IMG/VR virus record: IMGVR_UViG_3300021399_000146
Source of the DNA: an uncultured virus (IMG/VR IMGVR_UViG_3300021399_000146)
Taxonomy: Duplodnaviria; Heunggongvirae; Uroviricota; Caudoviricetes
Strand: one strand, 5' to 3'
Length of the DNA: 64,000 nucleotides
Below, piece by piece: positions 38,871 through 48,586 of the stretch (the first letter of the stretch is position 1; every line of letters starts with the position of its first letter). Under the pieces are notes generated by a model. The model saw only the letters and a program-made list of their open reading frames with translations, did not search any database and had not been told where the DNA came from. The translations under genes and the position numbers were made by a program.

Positions 38871-41800
38871 GTGACTAATATGGATATTAAAAGATCGAAT
38901 GTACCGGATAATACATCTGGTACAGCTGATTTTGATGATTTTGAAGATAGGGATCCTGATGATTGCTATTGTGAATCTACATCAGAATCCAGTCATCTTT
39001 TCCAGGAAGCATCACATAAAACAAAACTTAATCGTGAGAAGAACAAGATCAAAGATGATTTGAAATATAACAAATCTACTGGTGTCGGTGAGCTTCATGA
39101 TTCATCATCAGGTATATCAGTTCCCGTCAATTTAACATTTGACAATAAACGCCAAACAAGCACAGGTTATTTGACATATAAGAATGGTAGACGAGCTGTT
39201 GGAATGAATATAAATCCAAATGATCTTAATAGAGGACATGGATTTACAAAGTACCTCCATGAAAAGAATCACATTTTACAAGATCTTAGAAAAAGAAATG
39301 ATGGAAATGATAACAATGATCTCAGCATGATATCGGCATTCATCAGTAAACATTCCAATGAAATAAAAACATCTCATTCATCTGACAAAGATGAATACCT
39401 AGCTGATTTAAACGTTGCAAGAACACGAGGATATGATAAGACAATCCGAATGTTACAAGATATGATGATCAAACCTTTAAAATCATCACCTTCTGCGAAG
39501 CATTCTAAATCATTTATAAACAAATCAGCAAATAATAAAATCGATAATGAGTTATCAGATGAATTCTTAAATGAACTTTATAAAGAATATAATGAGATGC
39601 TTGATGACGAGAAATTATTGTTAACTGCGATGAAAGCCTCTAGAAATGTTGGTGAACATCACTACAAATCTCTTGAAAAGCGCATAAAGAAAATGGAATC
39701 CGATACCAGTTCCAAGGAACACTTTATGAAAGTTGCTCGTCAAGCATCGTTCATTCAAGAGGTGAACAAAGGAATTGACGAACATAACTCTGACTTGAAA
39801 TTAAGGATTTTATTCTTAAGAGATATGAAGAAGATCGATTCTACAAATAACGATATAAAATATAAGAAAGAGAAATCATTCACTGAAAGTGGTGAACCAA
39901 TTCTTTCTTTATTTAACACAATTAACAATAGAGCATATGATAATACATCAAAATTACAAAGTAAAATAGATGAATTCATCATTGAACATTTCGGCACCAT
40001 AGACAACAATGATTTTGTAAATGGAATGATTCTTTCATATGTGATACTTGATTATGTTGAAGAAATAATTAATAACGAAGGAGATGTTATAATGGAATCT
40101 ACATATACACCGTTATCAGAGTTTGATCATTTCTTCTTAGAAGGATATTCCAAGAAACAGGAACGTCGTGTAGAAAAGTTCTTAAAAGAAAACAAGTTTG
40201 AAGAAGATCCTTCAAAGACAACTGATGAAGAGAAACGTAAGGGTTATCGTCGCGGTACCATCGAGACTGATATTCCTGATGAAAACGGTAAGAAGCAACG
40301 TGTTCCTTTTGAGATGTCACCTCATGATGATACACCCGCCGAAGTTAGAATAAAAGGTGACGATAAATATGAAATCCATATGAGTAAGAAAACCGTTTCA
40401 AGAAAACCGGCCATATCCAATTTCATATTTAAACACGAAGAAGGACATGTTGCGATCCGTCTTGATAAGTCTGGTAAATATGTAATGGAAATGGAGGAAA
40501 TTGATAAGATACTCACAAGGTTGCTTCATAAAATGTTCACTAACAAAAATGATACTTTGAATTCACACGACAAAAATATTGAAGAATTCTTAGCAGATAA
40601 ATATGCCAAAGAACATTCAAAATATGATAAGACATCAAAGTATAGTTTGCGAGATGAAGGTGTTGATATAAGTACCAAAAAGGCACTAGTTGGTCTACAA
40701 TCATTATTATCGGATGATGTTTATTCAAAGAAAACCTTTCAGCATCAGTATAATTCATATGTGCTACCTGAAGCAATGAATATGATGAATAAAAAACATC
40801 GGGAAGATGTTAAAAAATATAATGATTATCGAAGTATGTTACAATCATCATTAGATCATGTTAATGATACAAACAAACTTCTTGTTGAATTTAAAAACCT
40901 TATGCGTTCAGCAGAGTTTCGTCTTAAACAAAATGAATCTGCCTTAAAAAGATATAAAGCTGATATTGAAAGAGATCACCGTGCAGCCTATGATCTAATG
41001 AAAATGTATTCCGATGATCTCAATAATGAATTGATAATAGCAAGAGAGAATGGCCATGTATTATCAAAGGCTGAACGACGTAAAAAAGTGGATAAAATGT
41101 TTTATAAAATATACATGTCCGCTTTGGGTTCAAGACCTGAAGTAAATAGATATATTAAATATACTATTGGTAGTTCTGATGAAAAAGACTATCCTGAAAA
41201 ACTCAAGAAAGATCTTGATTCTTACAGAGAAAATGTTATTTTCAATAAATCACATTTACAATCTTTGATGAAAAATGTGAAAGAAATTGAAGAAGAAGTG
41301 ACTGCTGCAATTAAACGTTCCGAGGAGTTGAAAAACGAGATTAAACGAATGTCTGATGAATTAGATGAATACTATGAAAAAACGAAAACTTCTAAATCTA
41401 CATATAAAACTGAAGAGTTCCAAAAATGTCTTGAACGCGTTAAAATGAAAAATTATTCTCTAATGTCTAAAACAAGTCTGTTCAACGATGATATGTCAAC
41501 CGCTGTAAGAATACTGATGTGCTTACCAAAAGAGGAACGTGATAGATTCGCTAAAGAGGTCCATGATGTGACATTGAAATATGCAAAAGCTGAAAGAGGT
41601 GAGTCAACTGTGAATGAATCATATGAACCATTATCAGAGTTTGATCATTTCTTCCAGGAAGCTAAGATGAAAGCTAAGACAAGAAAGGAATTAGATGATT
41701 CTGATTTTGCTTTGGTATATAAAGATGCTTCTGGTGAAAAGATACGTAAGTATCCTATAAATGATGAGGCTCATGTTAAAGCAGCTGCAAGAATGTTTCC

Positions 41801-41921
41801 CCGTGGTGTGCCTAACAAATACCGTAAGGAAGTGGCAGGAAAGATCCTACGCCGTGCACACAAGTTCGGTATAGATACTTCCGGATGGAAATCTTTAAAT
41901 GCTGCTAACGAAAAAGACTAA
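38871..41921 (+). CDS. Modular probable virion protein: two HExxH zincin-like domains, coiled coil, C-terminal DUF6582-like domain
   Basis: LHEKNHI...DEYLAD and KHEEGHV...EEFLAD; C-terminal RKELDDSDFA..RKYPINDEAHVKAA; duplicated PLSEFDHFF(L/Q)E linker. Confidence 0.6.
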   Translation: MTNMDIKRSNVPDNTSGTADFDDFEDRDPDDCYCESTSESSHLFQEASHKTKLNREKNKIKDDLKYNKSTGVGELHDSSSGISVPVNLTFDNKRQTSTGYLTYKNGRRAVGMNINPNDLNRGHGFTKYLHEKNHILQDLRKRNDGNDNNDLSMISAFISKHSNEIKTSHSSDKDEYLADLNVARTRGYDKTIRMLQDMMIKPLKSSPSAKHSKSFINKSANNKIDNELSDEFLNELYKEYNEMLDDEKLLLTAMKASRNVGEHHYKSLEKRIKKMESDTSSKEHFMKVARQASFIQEVNKGIDEHNSDLKLRILFLRDMKKIDSTNNDIKYKKEKSFTESGEPILSLFNTINNRAYDNTSKLQSKIDEFIIEHFGTIDNNDFVNGMILSYVILDYVEEIINNEGDVIMESTYTPLSEFDHFFLEGYSKKQERRVEKFLKENKFEEDPSKTTDEEKRKGYRRGTIETDIPDENGKKQRVPFEMSPHDDTPAEVRIKGDDKYEIHMSKKTVSRKPAISNFIFKHEEGHVAIRLDKSGKYVMEMEEIDKILTRLLHKMFTNKNDTLNSHDKNIEEFLADKYAKEHSKYDKTSKYSLRDEGVDISTKKALVGLQSLLSDDVYSKKTFQHQYNSYVLPEAMNMMNKKHREDVKKYNDYRSMLQSSLDHVNDTNKLLVEFKNLMRSAEFRLKQNESALKRYKADIERDHRAAYDLMKMYSDDLNNELIIARENGHVLSKAERRKKVDKMFYKIYMSALGSRPEVNRYIKYTIGSSDEKDYPEKLKKDLDSYRENVIFNKSHLQSLMKNVKEIEEEVTAAIKRSEELKNEIKRMSDELDEYYEKTKTSKSTYKTEEFQKCLERVKMKNYSLMSKTSLFNDDMSTAVRILMCLPKEERDRFAKEVHDVTLKYAKAERGESTVNESYEPLSEFDHFFQEAKMKAKTRKELDDSDFALVYKDASGEKIRKYPINDEAHVKAAARMFPRGVPNKYRKEVAGKILRRAHKFGIDTSGWKSLNAANEKD

Positions 41922-41933
41922 GGAGTGATATAA

Positions 41934-44021
41934 ATGAAGAATAATTTTTTCGATCTTGATGCATATGATGACTACGACATAGTGCAGGAAGGAACCGAAA
42001 CTGGAAGTTTGGATTTCAATTTCGATGATACAAACGAAGAAGTTACCCAGGAAGGAATGTTTGATTCAGGATTCTCAACTCTTCGTTCAGGTATTGCCAA
42101 TGCTTTGAAGGATACAAAGTATAAGGTTAGTTACATCACAAGAAGTATGCTCGGAAAGGATATGTTTACTGTATCGGATGGCAATACCACAACAACTATC
42201 GAATCAAAAGGTAATGGTTGTAAGGTAGTCACTCGTGATGGTAATGATAAGATGAAGGTAAACTTCAACAATATCTCATTGTCAGTAGCATTGAGAAACC
42301 TCATTGATCTATTTAAGTCCCCTGAACATATTCTTGAAGGAGCTATAATTGATCCAGGATCTGAGGAATTGGTTGTTCAGGAAGCTGATGAACCATCCGA
42401 TGATGATACAGTAGAGGAGGCAATCGAGAAGGAGAATGCTCCTGACGAAGAGCCTCGTACAGAGGAAACTGTTGAAGAAGATACAGAGGTGTCAACTGAT
42501 GGTGAATCTAAAGAAGACGATGATGCCCCTTCAGAAGATGCTCTTGAAGATTCAGAAACACCGGATGGCGATGATCTTAAGGACTTCGGTACAGATACTT
42601 CCGATGTACAGAATGATTATGATCCCAAGGAAATCGAGATACTCAATAAGCTTATAGCTGCCGAAGGCGAAGCTATCAATGATTACTTTGATGCATCCAA
42701 GGATTCACACGATTCAAATGCACGTCGTCTGTATTCTGATATCGGTCATGAGGAAAGATTCCATATGGAACAGCTTCTCTTCCAGAAGGCTCAGTTCACT
42801 GGTGAAAAATATGAACCACGTGATCCTGAAGTTAAAAAGGAATATGAAGAACTTCTTCAGATGGGTATGGATGATGAAACAGCTATCAATACAGCAATTG
42901 ACAAACAGTCAATGATGCCATCTGATGACGGTGATGATTCTGATATAGATGCATTAGAGATGGATTTCGAATCAGCTCTCACATTGCTTCATCAGAATGA
43001 GATACTCATGGAAGCTGCACAATTTGCATATGATAAACGCGGCAACAAAGAAATCTTCAATAACTATTCGATTATAGCAGAAGCTTTCCTTTATCAGGAA
43101 GAAGTTATTAATACTGCTTCAGTTCCATCACAGGTTAAGAAGGTTAACCCAATAACGCTTCTTATCAAGGGACTTAAGACGGCTGTCAACGGTTTACTTG
43201 CTGCTACTAATGCTGCTCGTAATGCATCTGAAGCTAATCGTATCAAGAGAAAGCGTAAGATGGATTGGATAAAGAAACATGGTATTGGTGCAATCTTTGC
43301 CGGTGGCGTATCATTCTACTTCTATGATGATAATACTGGTACATTCGATATGACACGTCCATGCCAATATGTTGATATGTTATATCGTCTATCAATAAAC
43401 ATTGGTAAAAAGTGTGGTATTCAACCAAAGCCTGAAGCTTATCACGGCACCATAAAAAATCCGATCAAGTTCACAACTATCGGTGACGGAATGGCTAAAA
43501 TAAAAACACTTCAGGTCACAAAGACAAAGGTTGTTGTTAATGATAATAACAAAGAAGCATTAGCAAATGAGTTCTTTGGTTATAACGAACAGAAGATCAA
43601 TGTAAAGGTTTGGAACGAGGAAGCAAACAAAGCAATCTACCAATCAAACAATGTTTACACAAAACTCGAGATGTTCTCATTAATAACAAATCAGTATCTT
43701 AATATAACACTCGGTATCATGGAAGTACTGGAGAAGATGCAGGGTGACATGAATAGCATTTACTATAAGAACAGAAATCTGTATAATGATGCAACAAACA
43801 ACATGCAGATTATTGCAACAACATACAGAAAACTTATAAATGCATGTGTATCTGATCTTGCTCAGATGAATAAGTTCGATAAGAGCATTCTTGCATCTAC
43901 GCGTGAACGTGATACAGCTGAACAGACTGGTCAGAAATGGGAAGGTGAAGAGCATCGTACATCCGGAAGTATGGTTAAAACCAACAAGAATGAAAATCAG
44001 TATGCAAAGCAGAAAAGATAA
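41934..44021 (+). CDS. Probable head protein with an internal ferritin-like domain
   Basis: LNKLIAAEGEAINDY...LYSDIGHEERFHMEQL di-iron-type motif; several (V/T)QE(G/A) motifs in the acidic N-terminus. Confidence 0.6.
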   Translation: MKNNFFDLDAYDDYDIVQEGTETGSLDFNFDDTNEEVTQEGMFDSGFSTLRSGIANALKDTKYKVSYITRSMLGKDMFTVSDGNTTTTIESKGNGCKVVTRDGNDKMKVNFNNISLSVALRNLIDLFKSPEHILEGAIIDPGSEELVVQEADEPSDDDTVEEAIEKENAPDEEPRTEETVEEDTEVSTDGESKEDDDAPSEDALEDSETPDGDDLKDFGTDTSDVQNDYDPKEIEILNKLIAAEGEAINDYFDASKDSHDSNARRLYSDIGHEERFHMEQLLFQKAQFTGEKYEPRDPEVKKEYEELLQMGMDDETAINTAIDKQSMMPSDDGDDSDIDALEMDFESALTLLHQNEILMEAAQFAYDKRGNKEIFNNYSIIAEAFLYQEEVINTASVPSQVKKVNPITLLIKGLKTAVNGLLAATNAARNASEANRIKRKRKMDWIKKHGIGAIFAGGVSFYFYDDNTGTFDMTRPCQYVDMLYRLSINIGKKCGIQPKPEAYHGTIKNPIKFTTIGDGMAKIKTLQVTKTKVVVNDNNKEALANEFFGYNEQKINVKVWNEEANKAIYQSNNVYTKLEMFSLITNQYLNITLGIMEVLEKMQGDMNSIYYKNRNLYNDATNNMQIIATTYRKLINACVSDLAQMNKFDKSILASTRERDTAEQTGQKWEGEEHRTSGSMVKTNKNENQYAKQKR

Positions 44022-44074
44022 ATTCTGATTTTCGTATACATATTATTTTAATGAATAAAATAATATGAAAGGAT

Positions 44075-44320
44075 GTGTTATGGATGCAATTCATTTACAC
44101 AGACACTGCTATGGGGGATAATGGTTTACCTTTAAACAATACCCCATTTGCAAAATATTGTGCATTGGATCTTGCTTCAATACTTGATCTAATTGTCAAA
44201 GGAGAACTTCCTTGTGGAACAGGTGAAGATTTTCCTGTTGATTGGCCCAATAGTGATTCGGCAAATACACCGTGGGCTCAGAATGGTCCTGCTTCATCGG
44301 GACCATGGAAAACATATTAA
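44075..44320 (+). CDS. Small hypothetical protein
   Basis: SD and promoter-like motif upstream, hairpin at ~44331 downstream; ATG at 44084. Confidence 0.55.
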   Translation: MLWMQFIYTDTAMGDNGLPLNNTPFAKYCALDLASILDLIVKGELPCGTGEDFPVDWPNSDSANTPWAQNGPASSGPWKTY

Positions 44321-44381
44321 ATATATTATCGGGTCCCTTCGGGGACCCTTTAGTATATTAATTTTTAAGGAGGTTAAAAAG

Positions 44382-46235
44382 ATGATAACCAAAGAAGAGT
44401 TAGATAAATATCTTGAAGCTTATAATAGAGGAGAACCCCTCATCTCAGACGAGGAATATGATAGACTCTTAGAGGAATATCTTGCACAACATGGTGAATC
44501 CAATAGACCATTCTTGAGACAGCAGCAGTCCGACAATGTGAATGATATAGTTGGTACACTTTCAAAAGTGTATCTGACACCTCGTGAAAACCAGAAAGGT
44601 TATCCGGACTGGTTAAGAACTAAGAGTATCCCGGAGAATACGAAGATAATCGCTCAACCGAAATTCGACGGTTGTTCTGTTGCATATGATGTAACAACTG
44701 ATGAATATTTCACAAGAGGAGATTATGATAACGGTGAATCTGTCAATGTCACGAATCTGTTCAAAGGTTATTTCAAACCAGAAAACTTTGAACCATATAA
44801 AACCCAAGCAATTAAATGTGAAGCAATCATGTGTCATGAAGTATATAATGAATTGGGATTACATTTAAAATACAAGAGACCGCGTGATGTTGTATCAGCA
44901 ACTATAACTTCTCAGAATATTGAGATGGCGAAATACATAACTCTTGTTCCATTAAGAGTATATGAAAATAACAAGCTCTTTGTATCCGATGAAGTTGGCG
45001 ATATGTCGTTATTTACAACATCACATGATAATGATGGTATATCCGGATTCATATCAAACATACTTGAAAATGGTGCGACGGTTAAATATAATGATATGAC
45101 ATATTCAATCGATGGTGTTGTTGTATCAACAGTTGATGATGAAGATGCTCACATTGATAAAGAAGTAGCAATCAAGATTCTCAATAATGTTAAAGAAACT
45201 AAGTTGTTGAGAGTTGAATATCAGTATGGTAAGACCGGAAAGATAACTCCTGTTGGAATACTCGAACCTGTTATGTTTGATAATGTAACAGTTGATCATG
45301 TTGGATTATCAACATTATCCAGAGTCAAAGAATTGAATCTACGATATAATGATACAGTTCGTATTGTATATAACATCGTACCATATCTAATTGACTCATA
45401 TAATGATGGTAGTATACCGATTCCGATACCAACAAAATGTCCTATATGTGGATCACCATTGAACTTCAAAACATTGAAGACTGTACGGTGTACCAATCCA
45501 CAATGTTCTGGATTAAAAGTTGGAATGATTCATCGTTACTGTGAGAAGATGAAGATAATGGGTGTAGCTAAAAACACAATCACCAAACTATATGAAGCAG
45601 GCCTGGTTCAATGTATAGGTGATTTGTACAGACTTACTCCAGATAAAATAATAACTCTTGACGGTTTCAAATACAAATCTGCAGAAAATATTTGTAGATC
45701 CATCGATCAGTCAGCTATCAATGTTCCATTGGATAAATGGATGGGTGCTATGCCAATCAAAGACATATCGGCCAAGACATGGAGACTCATTATAAATGCA
45801 AAGTTCCATGGTGATGAATTAATGGCTGTTAATCGATATAAGTATCATATTGAAAACGGTACAGTTGATTCGTTCATGATGGAATGTGTTCCCGATTATG
45901 TATATGGATTTTCTGAAAATACATATGCTGCAGTAAGAGAAGGTTTGACTCTATATTGGGAAGAGATAAAGGATGCTATTGGAGCAATCTCATTCTATAC
46001 ATTGACCAAACCAATCAATATTGCAACCAAAGGAAGAGTTACGCTTACTGGTACACGTGATCCAAAGCTGATAGACTATCTCACAAATATTGGTTATGAA
46101 GTGGATGACTTCTCTTCGAAAACCAAGTATCTTGTTATACCAAACAAAGGATATATGTCAAGTAAGGTTGTTAAAGCCAGAAAGAATAATATCCCAGTAT
46201 ATACTGTAGAGGAGGCCTACAATGAGCTTAAATAG
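44382..46235 (+). CDS. ligA: NAD-dependent DNA ligase
   Basis: ISDEEYDRL, adenylation motif QPKFDG, TRGD, DGVV, GKTGKITPV, CPIC..C.N..C zinc finger, BRCT-like tail; start placed at the ATG after AAGGAGG. Confidence 0.95.
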   Translation: MITKEELDKYLEAYNRGEPLISDEEYDRLLEEYLAQHGESNRPFLRQQQSDNVNDIVGTLSKVYLTPRENQKGYPDWLRTKSIPENTKIIAQPKFDGCSVAYDVTTDEYFTRGDYDNGESVNVTNLFKGYFKPENFEPYKTQAIKCEAIMCHEVYNELGLHLKYKRPRDVVSATITSQNIEMAKYITLVPLRVYENNKLFVSDEVGDMSLFTTSHDNDGISGFISNILENGATVKYNDMTYSIDGVVVSTVDDEDAHIDKEVAIKILNNVKETKLLRVEYQYGKTGKITPVGILEPVMFDNVTVDHVGLSTLSRVKELNLRYNDTVRIVYNIVPYLIDSYNDGSIPIPIPTKCPICGSPLNFKTLKTVRCTNPQCSGLKVGMIHRYCEKMKIMGVAKNTITKLYEAGLVQCIGDLYRLTPDKIITLDGFKYKSAENICRSIDQSAINVPLDKWMGAMPIKDISAKTWRLIINAKFHGDELMAVNRYKYHIENGTVDSFMMECVPDYVYGFSENTYAAVREGLTLYWEEIKDAIGAISFYTLTKPINIATKGRVTLTGTRDPKLIDYLTNIGYEVDDFSSKTKYLVIPNKGYMSSKVVKARKNNIPVYTVEEAYNELK

Positions 46236-46707
46236 TAGGAAACTGTGTTTTCAACCAACGGAACCATCTGATGATAATGATCCATTAAAAGATGTTCAGA
46301 CTTATTATATTCAAACTCTTGGAGATACATGGAAAGATTATTACTATATCTTGCTGAAATACATGGAATCGGTACATCCAGTATCTCATTCGGCGAGAAT
46401 CTTACATGAACTGGATATAAAGGCATTACAGAAGAAAGTCATGTATAAAATCAAAAATGCAACACATGCAACATTTGATAGTATAATAAATACTGTGGAG
46501 ATATATAATGGACCATTGACATTTGATTCATTTGGATGCACTGTAGTCAATTCTGTAAGAATGTGGTACACCAGAGATTTTATGAAGGATGTCAAAGTTG
46601 ATAAACTTGGAGTCTTCCCATGGTGTCTGTCAATTTTCCATAAGCCCGAAATGTATGATAAAGGTAAATCGGATAAATGGTTTATCAAGAATACTGTAAA
46701 CAAATGA
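46222..46707 (+). CDS. Hypothetical protein (161 aa)
   Basis: GAGGAGG SD, overlaps the ligase stop; terminator near 46723. Confidence 0.7.
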   Translation: MSLNSRKLCFQPTEPSDDNDPLKDVQTYYIQTLGDTWKDYYYILLKYMESVHPVSHSARILHELDIKALQKKVMYKIKNATHATFDSIINTVEIYNGPLTFDSFGCTVVNSVRMWYTRDFMKDVKVDKLGVFPWCLSIFHKPEMYDKGKSDKWFIKNTVNK

Positions 46708-46876
46708 TCATGATGATAGGAATTGGAGGGGCTTTCGCCCCTCCATATCCCTACATCACACGCATGAGCTATTGAGAACAAGAAGAAATAGAATAAACAA
46801 CTATGCTGACCGTTGCATCGATGTAATATAAAATACATCATGTTTATTTTTTCTTCTTATCTACTGTTTCAACTTT

Positions 46877-46898
46877 CTACATATATATTATTAATATG
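46877..46898 (+). promoter_or_regulatory. Phage promoter motif (copy 2)
   Basis: CTACATATATATTATTAATATG upstream of the ABC transporter gene. Confidence 0.75.
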
Positions 46899-46967
46899 AA
46901 TAAAAGGATACGCTTTTATTCTTAAAACATTTGTCACCCAATGTAATTGGGGAAAGGAGTTAAAGAA

Positions 46968-48557
46968 ATGAGAAAGATAATTGAATTACTCGGAAAAGTT
47001 CCAATGGCCATAATGATCTCATTAATGGTCACATCACAATTCATACATGGAGTCGTGACTTCATTCCTGAATATTCAGGAAGCGAACATTGTGAACGGCT
47101 TCGCAAAAGAAACTTTCGTCATGATAATATTTGGATATTCCATGGTGATAGTTTTAAACGGAATAGATCGTTTTGTAGTAGGAACGATCAAAGGGAGAAT
47201 TATAAATAAAGAACATTTGAGGATTCTCGACAGAGTGTTGGATTCAAAAATATCAAATATTAACAATATTGCATCCGGAAAAATATTTGATGTAACAAAA
47301 GACTTGGCTAGTTGTAAAGCAGCTGTCGTGATATGTATTACAACATTATTGTGTGCAATACCACCAGCAGCTGTATTAATCTGGAAAGAATTTCAGTTTA
47401 GCATTGCAGCAGCAATCATTTCAACAGTTTCAATTCCAATGGGAGTCGCTGTCGCCCTTGTAGCTGAAAGGTTAATGAAATTCTCCGAGCTGTCTAAGAA
47501 AAAGAAAGAGGACTTACATGGAAAATGCGCAGACAACTTCATCAATATCCGTACATTAAAATATCTCAATCTTAAACGTTTCGCGAGGGAACGTTTGATC
47601 CAAGCTCAAAAAGAGGCCTGGCATACAACTGTCAACCCAGGTCGAATTGGTGTATTCAGAATAGTAGATATTATTTATTGTGCTCCAATGATAATTAATA
47701 TCTATCTCTGTAGATCCTCATTAGAAATGATAGCACTCATTGTTGTATCAGATTTTGCATTAATTAATTTCAGAAACAATATTCTTGATATCCTCGATTT
47801 AAAGTTAGAGATTGATTCATCAAAGAAGATCATTGATGAGTTAAAAGGTGATGATACCGAGGACAAGAAAAATGTTTCAAATGATATTATATTAGATGAT
47901 GTAGTATTCGATTATGGAAAAGATTCAACACGATTTGAAATATCACATCTTAGATTCAAAAAGGGTTCTAAAACATTAATCACTGGAGAAAGTGGTGAGG
48001 GTAAATCCTCATTGGCTAATCTGTTGGTCGGTGGAATAGAACCCAAACATGGTTATGTACCAACAATAAATGTTTTCTATGTATGGCAGGAGACGGAGTC
48101 ATTGGATGATACATTATTAAGAAACATCGTTTTTGATAATCCTTATAATGTATCAGAAGATGAGATCAAAGCATATTTCAAGAAGCTGAATCTGTATGAT
48201 TGGTTTATTGGATTGAAAGATGGCTTTGATACACAAATAGGTGAGAGAGGCTGTAAGCTTTCATCCGGCCAGAAGCAGCGTATCAATATAATTCGTGCTA
48301 TAATAGAGATGAAAAATAATCCTCATAAATTATTCATTCTGGATGAGATCACATCAAACTTGGATGAAACAACAAAGGATGCCGCCATCCAGCTTTTCAA
48401 GGATGTCATCACTGACGATATGACGGTCATATTCATCTCACATAATGAAGGCATTGAAAAGCTCTGTGATAATCACATCACAGTAGTGAATCATGAATTC
48501 ATACAGGATGGTGTTGATATTAAGTATACGAGCAACAAATTGCGGGATGTTAATTAA
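46968..48557 (+). CDS. ABC exporter, fused permease/ATPase
   Basis: N-terminal multi-pass hydrophobic domain; Walker A GESGEGKSS, signature LSSGQKQR, Walker B/D-loop ILDEITSNLD, H-loop ISH. Confidence 0.93.
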   Translation: MRKIIELLGKVPMAIMISLMVTSQFIHGVVTSFLNIQEANIVNGFAKETFVMIIFGYSMVIVLNGIDRFVVGTIKGRIINKEHLRILDRVLDSKISNINNIASGKIFDVTKDLASCKAAVVICITTLLCAIPPAAVLIWKEFQFSIAAAIISTVSIPMGVAVALVAERLMKFSELSKKKKEDLHGKCADNFINIRTLKYLNLKRFARERLIQAQKEAWHTTVNPGRIGVFRIVDIIYCAPMIINIYLCRSSLEMIALIVVSDFALINFRNNILDILDLKLEIDSSKKIIDELKGDDTEDKKNVSNDIILDDVVFDYGKDSTRFEISHLRFKKGSKTLITGESGEGKSSLANLLVGGIEPKHGYVPTINVFYVWQETESLDDTLLRNIVFDNPYNVSEDEIKAYFKKLNLYDWFIGLKDGFDTQIGERGCKLSSGQKQRINIIRAIIEMKNNPHKLFILDEITSNLDETTKDAAIQLFKDVITDDMTVIFISHNEGIEKLCDNHITVVNHEFIQDGVDIKYTSNKLRDVN

Positions 48558-48586
48558 CATCCCGCTGTATCTTAGGAGGGAATTAT

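Noticed and set aside
44193..44381. N-terminal extension of the ligase given by the ORF track
   Set aside because: It overlaps a small ORF and a terminator-like hairpin; a strong AAGGAGG SD precedes the ATG at 44382.
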